Source: Candidatus Thorarchaeota archaeon SMTZ1-45
Lineage (GTDB): Archaea; Asgardarchaeota; Thorarchaeia; Thorarchaeales; Thorarchaeaceae
NCBI GenBank assembly: GCA_001563335.1
Contig: LRSL01000016.1
Coordinates: 1 to 24,561 of the forward strand
Direction of reading: 5' to 3'
Length of the DNA stretch: 24,561 bases
In this document: positions 1 through 8,795 of the stretch, piece after piece
Layout of the letters: every line of letters begins with the position of its first letter
Position numbering within the stretch: the first letter of the stretch is position 1
Program-made: the position numbers and the translations under genes
The notes under the pieces: generated by a model
The model's input: only the letters and a program-made list of their open reading frames with translations
Told to the model about the DNA's origin: nothing
Databases searched by the model: none

Positions 1-1840
1 CGGAATGGTGAACTTCGAAATGTCCACGGTCATATGCCACTTCTGTTCCATTGGTCCAATAGACCTCAACATACCACTCACCAGCAGGTGAAGAAGAGTT
101 GAATATAAACGATCCACTATATATCTGACCCAATATGCCACCACTTATCTGATTCATTGCCCAAATCTGGTCTGAGGGATTAAACCAGCTGACATTTACA
201 GCGGTCAATGGGCCCATTGTTTCAGTATCTGTCCCAATAGTGACGTCTGCACGAGTTTCATTGCCTATTCTGAAAGTTGTCGAATCGCTCCATGTTGCAT
301 CAAATATCTGTTGCTTGATTGACTTGACATAATTGGGAGATTGCAGCTTTACCTCCCACCAACCTAGACGGTCAATAATTGAAGTAGGAACAGTGACAGA
401 GCCGCTGCTAATAATACATGTACTGGTAAGATCAGTAAGGAATGGATCTGATACTGTTAGATTCTCCCAATCAGACGGGAAAACAATTGTCATCTCAGGA
501 TTTTCGTATTGCCCGAGGTAACCAACATAAGCGTAGAATGTCAGTTCTGCGCTAAGACCATGGTCTATCGTGTATGAAACACCTACACTGCCAATATTAG
601 TCCGCCAATTTGAATCTGTAAATCGATGAGAATAAAGACGTGTTTTGTAATCAAAGGACACACTCGTGTTTGCTGTCAAAGTTACAGAAATAGGAGTGGT
701 AATCCAGTATGATGCATTTGGTATTGAAGCATAATATACACCCATGGATCCCGTAAGAGCCTCTGATACCCCACCAGTGACAAATTCAAGTTGAACCTGT
801 TCTGCAGTGGGAGGTATTGCCTTTATGAGTGATACATCATCAAGATAGACAGTGATATATGCTGAATTCCCAATACCATCAGCAATATGACCAGGATCTC
901 CATCGTAGTCATCTCTTTTGTCAAGAACTAATTCTTCATCAATGACTAAACCTAGTTCAAGTAGAAATGAACTTGGAACTCCACTAATGGTAAGTGGGAT
1001 ATCTCCTGTACTCAGCCAAACACCCCGTTGCGACAGAAGTAGAAGACTCATATTCCATACATTAATCCCATCAATGAAAAGAGTAATACTGCAATTGCCA
1101 ATAGGATCATCGTTCCCATCAGGTCCGTCAATTGGGCCCCTAAGATAGAAGTAGTCAAAACTGAAAATGAAGTCCTCAGTGTATGGAGTATTCTGAACAA
1201 ATTGAGTCCAAACAATTCGTGTGCCAGCTACATGTGCAAAGGCATTTTGACCTTCCTTTGCACCTTGACTTTCAACAGTGACATATTGACGTCCAGTCGA
1301 ATCATAGGCTGCTAGCTGGACATCATCTGCATAACTTGAAGGACCATCAATACTATCTGCAGACCAACCCAAAGGATAGTATTCAACTGTTCCATTTGGA
1401 TTCACGTTTGTACCGGGAATACCTTCTGAGTAACTTCCATTTACTGCATATAATTTTTCAAGATTCCAGACTGAAACCTCAGCTTCATTTGCAATCCAAC
1501 TATGAGCAACATCTAGCGGCAAATCATATCCAAGATTCTGGTTACTATCAGTTCGAGCAGAGATATTCGGGGAAGCAGCATAACCAGATTGCTCAACAAT
1601 AACTGGATTTAATATTCCATCCACAGGCGAATCATAAGCAAGATTATAGAGATTGGGTCTGGGTAATTGTTCATCTTCCAATGGAGTCAATTCATTATCA
1701 TCGATAGATTTCGGTGATGAGTTATTTTCAGTTGCGAGCTCCGAATCAATTGGAGTCGGAACAGGTATTTCTGGAATCCATGTCATCGTGATAATGAACA
1801 TTGATAGTACCAGTAATGAACACAGTAGTCTTCTTGCCAT
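1..1840 (-). CDS. Large secreted/surface glycoprotein, paralog of 2030..5575 (partial, 3' end runs off the window; absent from the ORF track)
   Basis: Manual translation of the minus strand is open from ATG 1840 (alternative in-frame ATG 1849; AGGTGA RBS just upstream) to the window edge: MARRLLCSLLVLSMFIITMTWIPEIP...VDGILNPVIVEQSGYAASPNISARTD...VWNLEKLYAVNGSYSEGIPGTNVNPNGTVEYYPLGWSA...NTSVSFDYKTRLYSHRF...DRLGWWEVKLQSPNY...YWTNGTEVAYDRGHFEVHHS. It is collinear with the 1181-aa neighbour and begins with a hydrophobic signal peptide. Confidence 0.9.
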   Translation of the reverse strand, partial: MARRLLCSLLVLSMFIITMTWIPEIPVPTPIDSELATENNSSPKSIDDNELTPLEDEQLPRPNLYNLAYDSPVDGILNPVIVEQSGYAASPNISARTDSNQNLGYDLPLDVAHSWIANEAEVSVWNLEKLYAVNGSYSEGIPGTNVNPNGTVEYYPLGWSADSIDGPSSYADDVQLAAYDSTGRQYVTVESQGAKEGQNAFAHVAGTRIVWTQFVQNTPYTEDFIFSFDYFYLRGPIDGPDGNDDPIGNCSITLFIDGINVWNMSLLLLSQRGVWLSTGDIPLTISGVPSSFLLELGLVIDEELVLDKRDDYDGDPGHIADGIGNSAYITVYLDDVSLIKAIPPTAEQVQLEFVTGGVSEALTGSMGVYYASIPNASYWITTPISVTLTANTSVSFDYKTRLYSHRFTDSNWRTNIGSVGVSYTIDHGLSAELTFYAYVGYLGQYENPEMTIVFPSDWENLTVSDPFLTDLTSTCIISSGSVTVPTSIIDRLGWWEVKLQSPNYVKSIKQQIFDATWSDSTTFRIGNETRADVTIGTDTETMGPLTAVNVSWFNPSDQIWAMNQISGGILGQIYSGSFIFNSSSPAGEWYVEVYWTNGTEVAYDRGHFEVHHS

Positions 1841-2029
1841 ATCCCTCATCACCTGAATTCCGATGACTTTTCCATCGTTTAAATTAGCCTGAACCCATTC
1901 CGTTCAGATTGTCAAGTTATTGAGCGTCTAGTAACTGGTCTAATTACATTTGTGTTGATGTACATATTATCCTAGGTTGACCTCAAGCCATTTGATATGA
2001 GGAAAACACACTGAAGTAGCTTATGCGTA

Positions 2030-5000
2030 TCAATCCGAATCATACGGAACATTATTCATGTCCGGATAAACAGGAAGAATATACTCCTCCTCTATGGCTC
2101 TGAAAACCCTAATGTAGACATCATCTTCAGAGCGTCCTGATTGTATGAGAATACGAATAAGTCTGACAAGGTTGAAAGAACCCTCTGCTTGCTCCAAAGG
2201 TATGGCCTTCTCAATGAATCTCAATTGTTTTGGAAACTTCTTGTGACCAACCTGATATCTTCGAATCAGTCCACCATCCATGAAATCATCAAACATCCAC
2301 TCGAATGTGTTGCGTATCTTACGATTAACGACCTCTCCAGTAGGTTCTGTAAGGGATTCGTCGAGCATCATACCAATTGCTCGCGCATAATTCTTCATCT
2401 TGTGCTCTTGGTCTGTAGAGGGTGATGTCATTGTGATAAATGCGCAAATTAGATGCTCAGTTGGAACAGTGCGGATTACTTCGGAAATTGGAATCACCGT
2501 GTAATCACCTGATCCTTTGCCTGTTTCAAACTCTGCTCTGAAGTGCATAATTGCTGTGATGAATGCCGACAACATCCCCTCCTCGAAGCCACCTTTAAAC
2601 ACCTTCGAGTAGACAGGAATTCCGCTAAGCTTGTGAAGGACCAGAAAACCTAGGATGTTGTTTGCATCGCTAATCCGATTCTTGATGTCAACTGCTTCAG
2701 AGTGTTTCTCACGTAGTTTCCGAGTACGCACTCTCTGTCCTGATACTACTGTTACTATAACAATAATTCCAAATCCTATTGGCATTGAGTTATCCAAAAG
2801 AGTCTGAACCAATCGAGCAGTGCTATCAAATGTAGGAACAAGAGCAGCACTGAAACCTTGAACCATTTCATGATTTGCTTTCTCAACCGCAATATTGACA
2901 GTATAGGTACCAGAGCCTGAATCTGGCATTATAAGAACTACAGAGTAAATTCCATCTCCATCTTCACTCATATTTGAACCAAAATGAAGAACGCCTCCTG
3001 GTCGATAAACTCCTAGAGTGACAATAGCTTCTTCCACTGGTAGACCAGTATCTAATTCGACTACAAGTACTTCCACAGTGAGGGGAGTACGTTCAAGTCC
3101 TACAAGACTAGAAATAGAAGCAATCTCAATAGGCACTTTGTTAACAAGGAACGATAAAACATGGGATTTGGTTTCGTAACCTTCTTTTGAAAATGTGAGT
3201 CTGATACTGTAGTCGCCAATAGCCATTGGTGATATTGTTAAATTGTAATGACCATTTCCGATGTTTGCGATGGAAGTCCATTCGGATCCTTCTTCCGTTA
3301 TGTTCACATCAGCTCCATCAATTCCAGTCCCGTTGAATGATGTTGAATAAAAGAAATCATAGCTGTATTGTCTTCCATAGATAAGTGGTGTCAGAGGTCC
3401 TAAAGGAGGAGTGAGACTTGTCAGATAGTGAGACTTGATCGTAATGATAAGAGGTACTGTTTCATAAAATGGTGCAGCTGAAACAATTACTACTGTGAAA
3501 TCACCTGCACCAACAAGAGCAGTATCAAAATCAGCCTGCCACCAGTTCTTTACTGCATCAGCAGTAAACTCCACGTCTGAACCAGACCAATTACCCACTA
3601 CCTGCGCCCCATCGTTAATAATATACAACCCATTATCAGAATCTAAGAATCTTAGGAAAACTGTGACTGGTTGACCCACGACAGTTTCAAGTGTGTCAGA
3701 GAAGACTAATTCAAGGATTGCTGTATGATGCAAGGAAAAAATTGAACAGTCATATGCAATTTCTGAACCATTTGACCAGAGGTAATTTACACCCCATATC
3801 CCTGCGGTTGTGTTAGTTGGTCCAAAAACAACAGCAGAACTACTAGCAACTCCGAAACCACCAGATGAGGAACTCTCATACCAGCATGTGCAATTTGGAA
3901 GCATCCATGTATAATTAACTGGACTTGAAATTGTTGGAGTATTAGATAACGTACCTAAAGTTACTGAAAGACGCGCAATGTCATTACTGTGGAATATACT
4001 CTCGTTCGCCCAGCCAGCATCATATCTCTCAACTAAAGCACCAGCAGCATAGTTTGGCGATTGGCATATGACTTTCCACCATCCCAATCTATCCGTTAGA
4101 GTATATGGTATTGTAACAACTCCTTCTGAGATGACACAACTTAGTGTGACATTGGTCAAGAAAGGATCATAGACAGTAAAATTCTCCCAATCCGATACAT
4201 GAGTGATACGCAAACTAAGTTCATCATAAACTCCAAGAAATCCCAAGTATGTAAACATCTCCAAATCACCACTTTCTCCAATTTCAATTGTGTATGCTAC
4301 ACCTTGGCGAAGTGTGTCTGTAGTCCAACTGGAATTGAGAAAACGATGATTCAATAGACGAGCAGAATAATCGAAAGAAACACTTGTGTTTGAGTATACT
4401 ATAAGATTGAGGTTACTACTAGTCCAGTAATTCGAGTTTATAATCTGACCAAAACCATTTCCAAGTGTTCCATTTATTGTTGTTGATGACCCATTGACTG
4501 AAAACCCAAGGTCAACATCCTCGCAATCAGGAGGTGTCATTGATACTAGTGAAACACTGTCGATGTACACGGTGAGATACTGGGTATTAATCAGACCATC
4601 TGGGAAACCATCTGAATCATAGTCGTTATCACCATCAACAACCATGGTGTTATTGATCACAAGACCAATCATGAACGAAGTCACGCCTGGTGAAGCCGCA
4701 GCAGTGATTGGTATTGCTCCTGTGCTAAACCAAGTACCTCTTTCTGAGAGTGATGGTAAGTCAACATTATACACTGATGCATTGTTGATGCGTACTTGCA
4801 AGGAGAAATCGCCACTAAACATCGGATTCAGTAGTCCCTGCAAGTATAGATAATCAAAACTTAGTACAAAATCATTAGTAAAGGGAGTCAATTCAAATGT
4901 TTGGTTCCAAAATACCACTGTATTAGCATAATGTGTGTAAATATGTTGAGGATTATTTGTTACCTCAGCTTGATTCTGAACAGACACATATCTGCGTCCA

Positions 5001-5575
5001 CTGTCGTCATACGAAACACGCTGGGTCTGCTCAATATTTGGATTATTACTTAAAGCAGACCAACCATATGGATAACTGCCAAGAGTACCATTAGGATTCA
5101 ATGTATAACCAGGAATGCCTTCATCAAATGTGCCATTCACAACATAGAGCTTCTGTAGGTCCCATACATCAATCTCAGCTGTACTTGCTATCCAGTCATA
5201 ATCAATATCAACAGGAAAGACCTGTTCGGTACCAATCATGGTATCAGTGCGAGCAGACAGATTCTCTGTATTATAATAGCCTCTTTGTTCTACTTGAACA
5301 GGATCAAGCACTCCAGAAACAGGCGGCTGTGCACTAGGCAAATCAGAAACTAGCATAACACCATGAGGAGAATCTTGTAAGATTGGAGATGGTTCAGTAA
5401 ACATCTGACCAACTGATTCAATCCTTGATACCGTCGATGAATCAAAGTACAGAGTATCATAGTTCGAACCTAGTGGGGACTGAAGCATTAGGCCAGTTGA
5501 AAGAAGTATCAAGAGAACAACAGGAATTGTCTGCAGGCACTTCAAATCTCTAGGTGGCATCCCCACAGCATCCAT
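2030..5575 (-). CDS. Large single-pass membrane protein: signal peptide, beta-rich glycosylated ectodomain, three Ig-like repeats, TM helix, cytoplasmic longin/roadblock-like domain
   Basis: 1181-aa ORF. N-terminal hydrophobic stretch IPVVLLILLSTGLML; many N-x-S/T sequons; three ~100-aa repeats ending in G-x-[YF]-x-[IV]-x-[ILV]...[YH]E; TM helix PIGFGIIVIVTVVSG followed by basic QRVRTRKLREK; tail ILGFLVLHKLSGIPVYSK...EEGMLSAFITAIMHF resembles the beta-beta-alpha start of longin domains. The ORF is secure, the domain calls are by eye. Confidence 0.8.
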   Translation of the reverse strand: MDAVGMPPRDLKCLQTIPVVLLILLSTGLMLQSPLGSNYDTLYFDSSTVSRIESVGQMFTEPSPILQDSPHGVMLVSDLPSAQPPVSGVLDPVQVEQRGYYNTENLSARTDTMIGTEQVFPVDIDYDWIASTAEIDVWDLQKLYVVNGTFDEGIPGYTLNPNGTLGSYPYGWSALSNNPNIEQTQRVSYDDSGRRYVSVQNQAEVTNNPQHIYTHYANTVVFWNQTFELTPFTNDFVLSFDYLYLQGLLNPMFSGDFSLQVRINNASVYNVDLPSLSERGTWFSTGAIPITAAASPGVTSFMIGLVINNTMVVDGDNDYDSDGFPDGLINTQYLTVYIDSVSLVSMTPPDCEDVDLGFSVNGSSTTINGTLGNGFGQIINSNYWTSSNLNLIVYSNTSVSFDYSARLLNHRFLNSSWTTDTLRQGVAYTIEIGESGDLEMFTYLGFLGVYDELSLRITHVSDWENFTVYDPFLTNVTLSCVISEGVVTIPYTLTDRLGWWKVICQSPNYAAGALVERYDAGWANESIFHSNDIARLSVTLGTLSNTPTISSPVNYTWMLPNCTCWYESSSSGGFGVASSSAVVFGPTNTTAGIWGVNYLWSNGSEIAYDCSIFSLHHTAILELVFSDTLETVVGQPVTVFLRFLDSDNGLYIINDGAQVVGNWSGSDVEFTADAVKNWWQADFDTALVGAGDFTVVIVSAAPFYETVPLIITIKSHYLTSLTPPLGPLTPLIYGRQYSYDFFYSTSFNGTGIDGADVNITEEGSEWTSIANIGNGHYNLTISPMAIGDYSIRLTFSKEGYETKSHVLSFLVNKVPIEIASISSLVGLERTPLTVEVLVVELDTGLPVEEAIVTLGVYRPGGVLHFGSNMSEDGDGIYSVVLIMPDSGSGTYTVNIAVEKANHEMVQGFSAALVPTFDSTARLVQTLLDNSMPIGFGIIVIVTVVSGQRVRTRKLREKHSEAVDIKNRISDANNILGFLVLHKLSGIPVYSKVFKGGFEEGMLSAFITAIMHFRAEFETGKGSGDYTVIPISEVIRTVPTEHLICAFITMTSPSTDQEHKMKNYARAIGMMLDESLTEPTGEVVNRKIRNTFEWMFDDFMDGGLIRRYQVGHKKFPKQLRFIEKAIPLEQAEGSFNLVRLIRILIQSGRSEDDVYIRVFRAIEEEYILPVYPDMNNVPYDSD

Positions 5576-5632
5576 TATATCGACTAGTAAAAGCTAAGAT
5601 GAAATAATATAACATTACTGTGGATAACCCAA

Positions 5633-6448
5633 TCAGTCTTCACCGTTTGTTACAATGCGGCCTTGAGCAATCACATCATGTTTATGAATGCTCTCCAAAG
5701 AACGCGCTTCAGCAAACATCTCTAAGTCCCGATCACTATACTTCTCTCTCGCATGTTGCAAGATGTTGCGGCAGACATCTTCGACAAGCAATGGGTTGTC
5801 ATGCATTTCCTTTGTGACATGTAACTCGTCTTCCAGTTTCAACAGGGAATATGTTTTGCTAGAAAATGACCGTTCAATAATCTCAATCATTGATCCATAG
5901 GTTGGAATAGCATCGATTTCTCCAACTATGCGTAGTTTTCCAAATGCACGTTGAATGTGCGTAAGACCATCGTTGTTTGCCATGCAATGTGGACAAACTG
6001 TGTTACCAATGACCTTCACTTCCACATCATGCATGAATGGTTTTCCTTCCGACATTATCGTGATAGCTGTGACTTCACAGACTTCCCATGTTCGTTTCTT
6101 GGAAATAGGTGTATGACTCACATAACCAAACTCAAAATCGAACTTGACTTCTCCACGCTTGAATTTGTGTTTTCCAGCCAGTCCTTCTAATATGCGCATC
6201 TGGATTTGTTCAATGGAGGAATGCACTCTGAACTGGTCACTGAGTTCTTCAGTCATAGATTCAACAAGACGGGACATGTGGACACCTTTCATTTCCGCTG
6301 GAAGATCTATTGTTATGTCCACAGTAGGCAGAATGTGATGTCTTAATCCGGAACGTTCAGTGATGACAAATGTCTTGAGATTCTTAACTCCCACTTTGCT
6401 TAGCTGAATCCTATGCTTGGGCCGTTCATTCTGAGTGTCAATCACCAA
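5633..6448 (-). CDS. mptA: GTP cyclohydrolase of the FolE2/MptA family (COG1469)
   Basis: Family motifs DTQ...LSKVGV, KGVHMSRL, TVCPHC, THIQR, LLKLEDE, NPLLVEDVCR, ESIHKHD. TTG start with GAGGCG RBS at 6456-6461. Confidence 0.88.
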   Translation of the reverse strand: MVIDTQNERPKHRIQLSKVGVKNLKTFVITERSGLRHHILPTVDITIDLPAEMKGVHMSRLVESMTEELSDQFRVHSSIEQIQMRILEGLAGKHKFKRGEVKFDFEFGYVSHTPISKKRTWEVCEVTAITIMSEGKPFMHDVEVKVIGNTVCPHCMANNDGLTHIQRAFGKLRIVGEIDAIPTYGSMIEIIERSFSSKTYSLLKLEDELHVTKEMHDNPLLVEDVCRNILQHAREKYSDRDLEMFAEARSLESIHKHDVIAQGRIVTNGED

Positions 6449-6480
6449 ATCATTACGCCTCTTTGTAGTCCAAGATTGTT

Positions 6481-6930
6481 TTATTTTTCATAACAGCCAG
6501 TTGAGCCTTCGCTTTCACTAACGCAGACTTTCACCTTGAAATCCTTCGGGAACTCCAGATTTTCATGAATATACTGAGCGAGCAGCTCTGCAGTTGTGGC
6601 TTTGGTTTGAAGAATTACGCAATCTTCCTCAGGAAAGACATATCGTTTTTCGCCAACATTCACCTCAATGAAGCCATCGGATTTGGAGATATTGATATTC
6701 GTTGACTCTCCTGGAAGTAACACCTTATGGTCTAGTGTTTTACAAATCTCAAGAGCTTTGGTTTTCGCTTTTCTGAAGTCATAAACCATTCCATCGTCAT
6801 TCAAAGGACCAGTCAATCTGATTTTCAGTGAATAATTATGACCATGAAGGTTCTCAACCTCTCCTTCACTTTTCAAAAAATGTGATGAGCTAAAGTGCAT
6901 CCTCTGATCTTTGACACGCACACTATGCAT
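6481..6930 (-). CDS. 6-pyruvoyl-tetrahydropterin synthase family protein (COG0720) with PTPS-III-type E-x2-HGH motif
   Basis: Motifs FSSSHF, EVENLHGHNY, GMVYDF, LDHKVL, TTAELLA, VSES. Start reassigned from 7032 to ATG 6930, which has a GGAGG RBS at 6938-6942, removes the overlap with lig and gives 149 aa. Confidence 0.85.
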   Translation of the reverse strand: MHSVRVKDQRMHFSSSHFLKSEGEVENLHGHNYSLKIRLTGPLNDDGMVYDFRKAKTKALEICKTLDHKVLLPGESTNINISKSDGFIEVNVGEKRYVFPEEDCVILQTKATTAELLAQYIHENLEFPKDFKVKVCVSESEGSTGCYEK

Positions 6931-6994
6931 TTGAAAGCCTCCATGTACAGGACTGGCTACGAACAGGACTACTTGTAAAACTGCCGGAAGGATA

Positions 6995-8752
6995 CTATTC
7001 AGAGATTCCACGTTGTCTTTCAAAGGCTTCAATCAAATCATCAACAGATGTTGCCTGAGTGGGATCCTTGTCATCACGCCAGCGACCAGTGAATCTCGGA
7101 AACCTTATTGCGAGTCCACCATCCTTGAGTTTTTGCCGACCAGCAGGATGAGTGGGACTTAGTGTAATCTCATCACCTAATACCTCAATGACCTCAACAG
7201 GCTCAAACCAGACATCCGCATCAATATCTGAGATTACCTTGGGATTCTTCTGTTCTAGTTTATGCTTATCTAAACGTTCTTTGAAATCTGCAAGCATCTC
7301 ATCAGTAAATCCAGTGCCAATCTTGCAAACAGTTGGATAGGTGTCACTGTCGATATCATAGGCTGAAGCTAAGATAGCACCATATAACCCAGTTCTTTTG
7401 CCCCGGCCATGAATGGCACCCACAATTACAAGATCAGCTGAATCAGCCAGTCCTTCCGTATATGATGCTTTCAACTTAATCCAGAGCCAGCTTCGAGACC
7501 CTGCCTGATATGTTGAATCATTATGTGTGGCTTTTGCAATTACACCTTCATGTCCAGATTTGATGGATTCTTCGAATATTGCTTGCAGTCGTTCAGGGTC
7601 ATCAGTGAGTTCAGCTACGGTAAGCTGTACTTTGTTAGTGACTTCAACAATCTCTTTCATGAGCTTTCTTCGTTTAAGCATCGAGAGGGAGGTGACATCT
7701 TCGCCATTAAGATAGAGAATGTCAAAAAAGAAAACAGCAATGGGAACCTCAGCCTGAGTCGCTTCAATGTCTGTCTTCCGTCTTCTACGCATTAGCTCTT
7801 GAAAAGGTCTCATCTTTCCAGTGGAGGGATCAATAGCAACACACTCACCCTCCATTACGCATGTATCAGCTTTCACATGTTTTTTGACCAGCTTTACAAC
7901 ATCTGGATATTGAGCTGTTATTATCTCCTGACGACGAGAATACAGTATTATTTCATCGCCTTTCTTATGAACCTGAACTCGCTCACCATCGTACTTATTC
8001 TCAACAAGAACTTTCCCTCCAGCCTTCTCAATTATTTCTTCAGGATTTGATAGCTTCTTCGCAGCCATCATTCGAATTGGGATTCCTACGTTCGTTCTGA
8101 CTTCTCGCACGGATTTGATGCCATTTTTTGCAAGCTTAAACGCGACCTCGCCAAGATCACTGCACACATTAAAAGCGGACTCAATGTCATTTCTTGTGTC
8201 TTTATTATCTGTAAATGCTGAAGCTAATGAATCTATGAGTCCCATATGTCCTAGACCTAAACGTAGAGAACCAGTAACTGTTCGAAGGATATACCGTGCT
8301 TCAATGGGTTTTGCATCAGCAAGTAGTCCAACTAGCTTGGAAACCTTGATTTTGTTACTACCAGATCCCATAACCTTTGCTGCTTGCTCTAAAGTGTCAT
8401 AGACCTTAGATACCGTCAAATCCTCTGCAAACAGAGTTGCCTGAGCACTCTTTTCCAGGAGAGTTTCAGCTGTACTTCCTATATCTCCTGTCTTCCTAAG
8501 AACAACCTGTACTTCGCTCTCAGGGACAGATGCGGCTGATGCGACCACTTGGATAGCCATCTTCTCAGCTACGCCAATCTCGGGTTCACCTTTCCAATCA
8601 GGATGTAGCTTACTTATGGTCAATGCAACTATTTGACGCACCTCCGGGGGGGTAGCCTTCTGAAGAAGTTCGGAGAATAGACGAATCTTCTCTAGCGATC
8701 CGCTGGTGGTTTCAACCTGGTCATATGCTGAAGCTAGGGTCTCGTAAAGCAA
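6995..8752 (-). CDS. lig: ATP-dependent DNA ligase (archaeal type)
   Basis: Motif I ENKYDGERVQVH, MEGECV, FFFDILYLNG, EGVIAK, WIKLK, DLVIVGA, IRFPRF; 585 aa; TTG start with GGGAGTG RBS. Confidence 0.97.
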   Translation of the reverse strand: MLYETLASAYDQVETTSGSLEKIRLFSELLQKATPPEVRQIVALTISKLHPDWKGEPEIGVAEKMAIQVVASAASVPESEVQVVLRKTGDIGSTAETLLEKSAQATLFAEDLTVSKVYDTLEQAAKVMGSGSNKIKVSKLVGLLADAKPIEARYILRTVTGSLRLGLGHMGLIDSLASAFTDNKDTRNDIESAFNVCSDLGEVAFKLAKNGIKSVREVRTNVGIPIRMMAAKKLSNPEEIIEKAGGKVLVENKYDGERVQVHKKGDEIILYSRRQEIITAQYPDVVKLVKKHVKADTCVMEGECVAIDPSTGKMRPFQELMRRRRKTDIEATQAEVPIAVFFFDILYLNGEDVTSLSMLKRRKLMKEIVEVTNKVQLTVAELTDDPERLQAIFEESIKSGHEGVIAKATHNDSTYQAGSRSWLWIKLKASYTEGLADSADLVIVGAIHGRGKRTGLYGAILASAYDIDSDTYPTVCKIGTGFTDEMLADFKERLDKHKLEQKNPKVISDIDADVWFEPVEVIEVLGDEITLSPTHPAGRQKLKDGGLAIRFPRFTGRWRDDKDPTQATSVDDLIEAFERQRGISE

Positions 8753-8787
8753 AGTTTCACTCCCTATTTTAGAGGCTCACCACATGC

Positions 8788-8795
8788 TTTATAAA
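8788..8795. promoter_or_regulatory. Palindromic TATA box TTTATAAA, possibly shared by divergent lig and rps17e
   Basis: The only TATA-like element I see in the 93-bp divergent intergenic region; about 35 nt from the lig start and 50 nt from the rps17e start. Confidence 0.5.

Noticed and set aside
333-1856. Four short plus-strand ORFs (333, 918, 1336, 1653)
   Set aside because: They are antisense shadows of the long minus-strand gene at 1..1840, which is supported by paralogy.
5619-5627. Perfect DnaA-box 9-mer (TGTGGATAA / TTATCCACA)
   Set aside because: Single copy in an archaeal context, with no box cluster, AT-rich unwinding element or initiator gene; compatible with chance.
6481-6930. 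Annotation as queD
   Set aside because: The catalytic Cys of the C-x3-HGH motif is absent, and no queC or queE lies nearby.
6931-7032. N-terminal extension of the PTPS ORF given by the ORF track (start 7032)
   Set aside because: It overlaps the ligase 3' end and has no family similarity; ATG 6930 has a GGAGG RBS.
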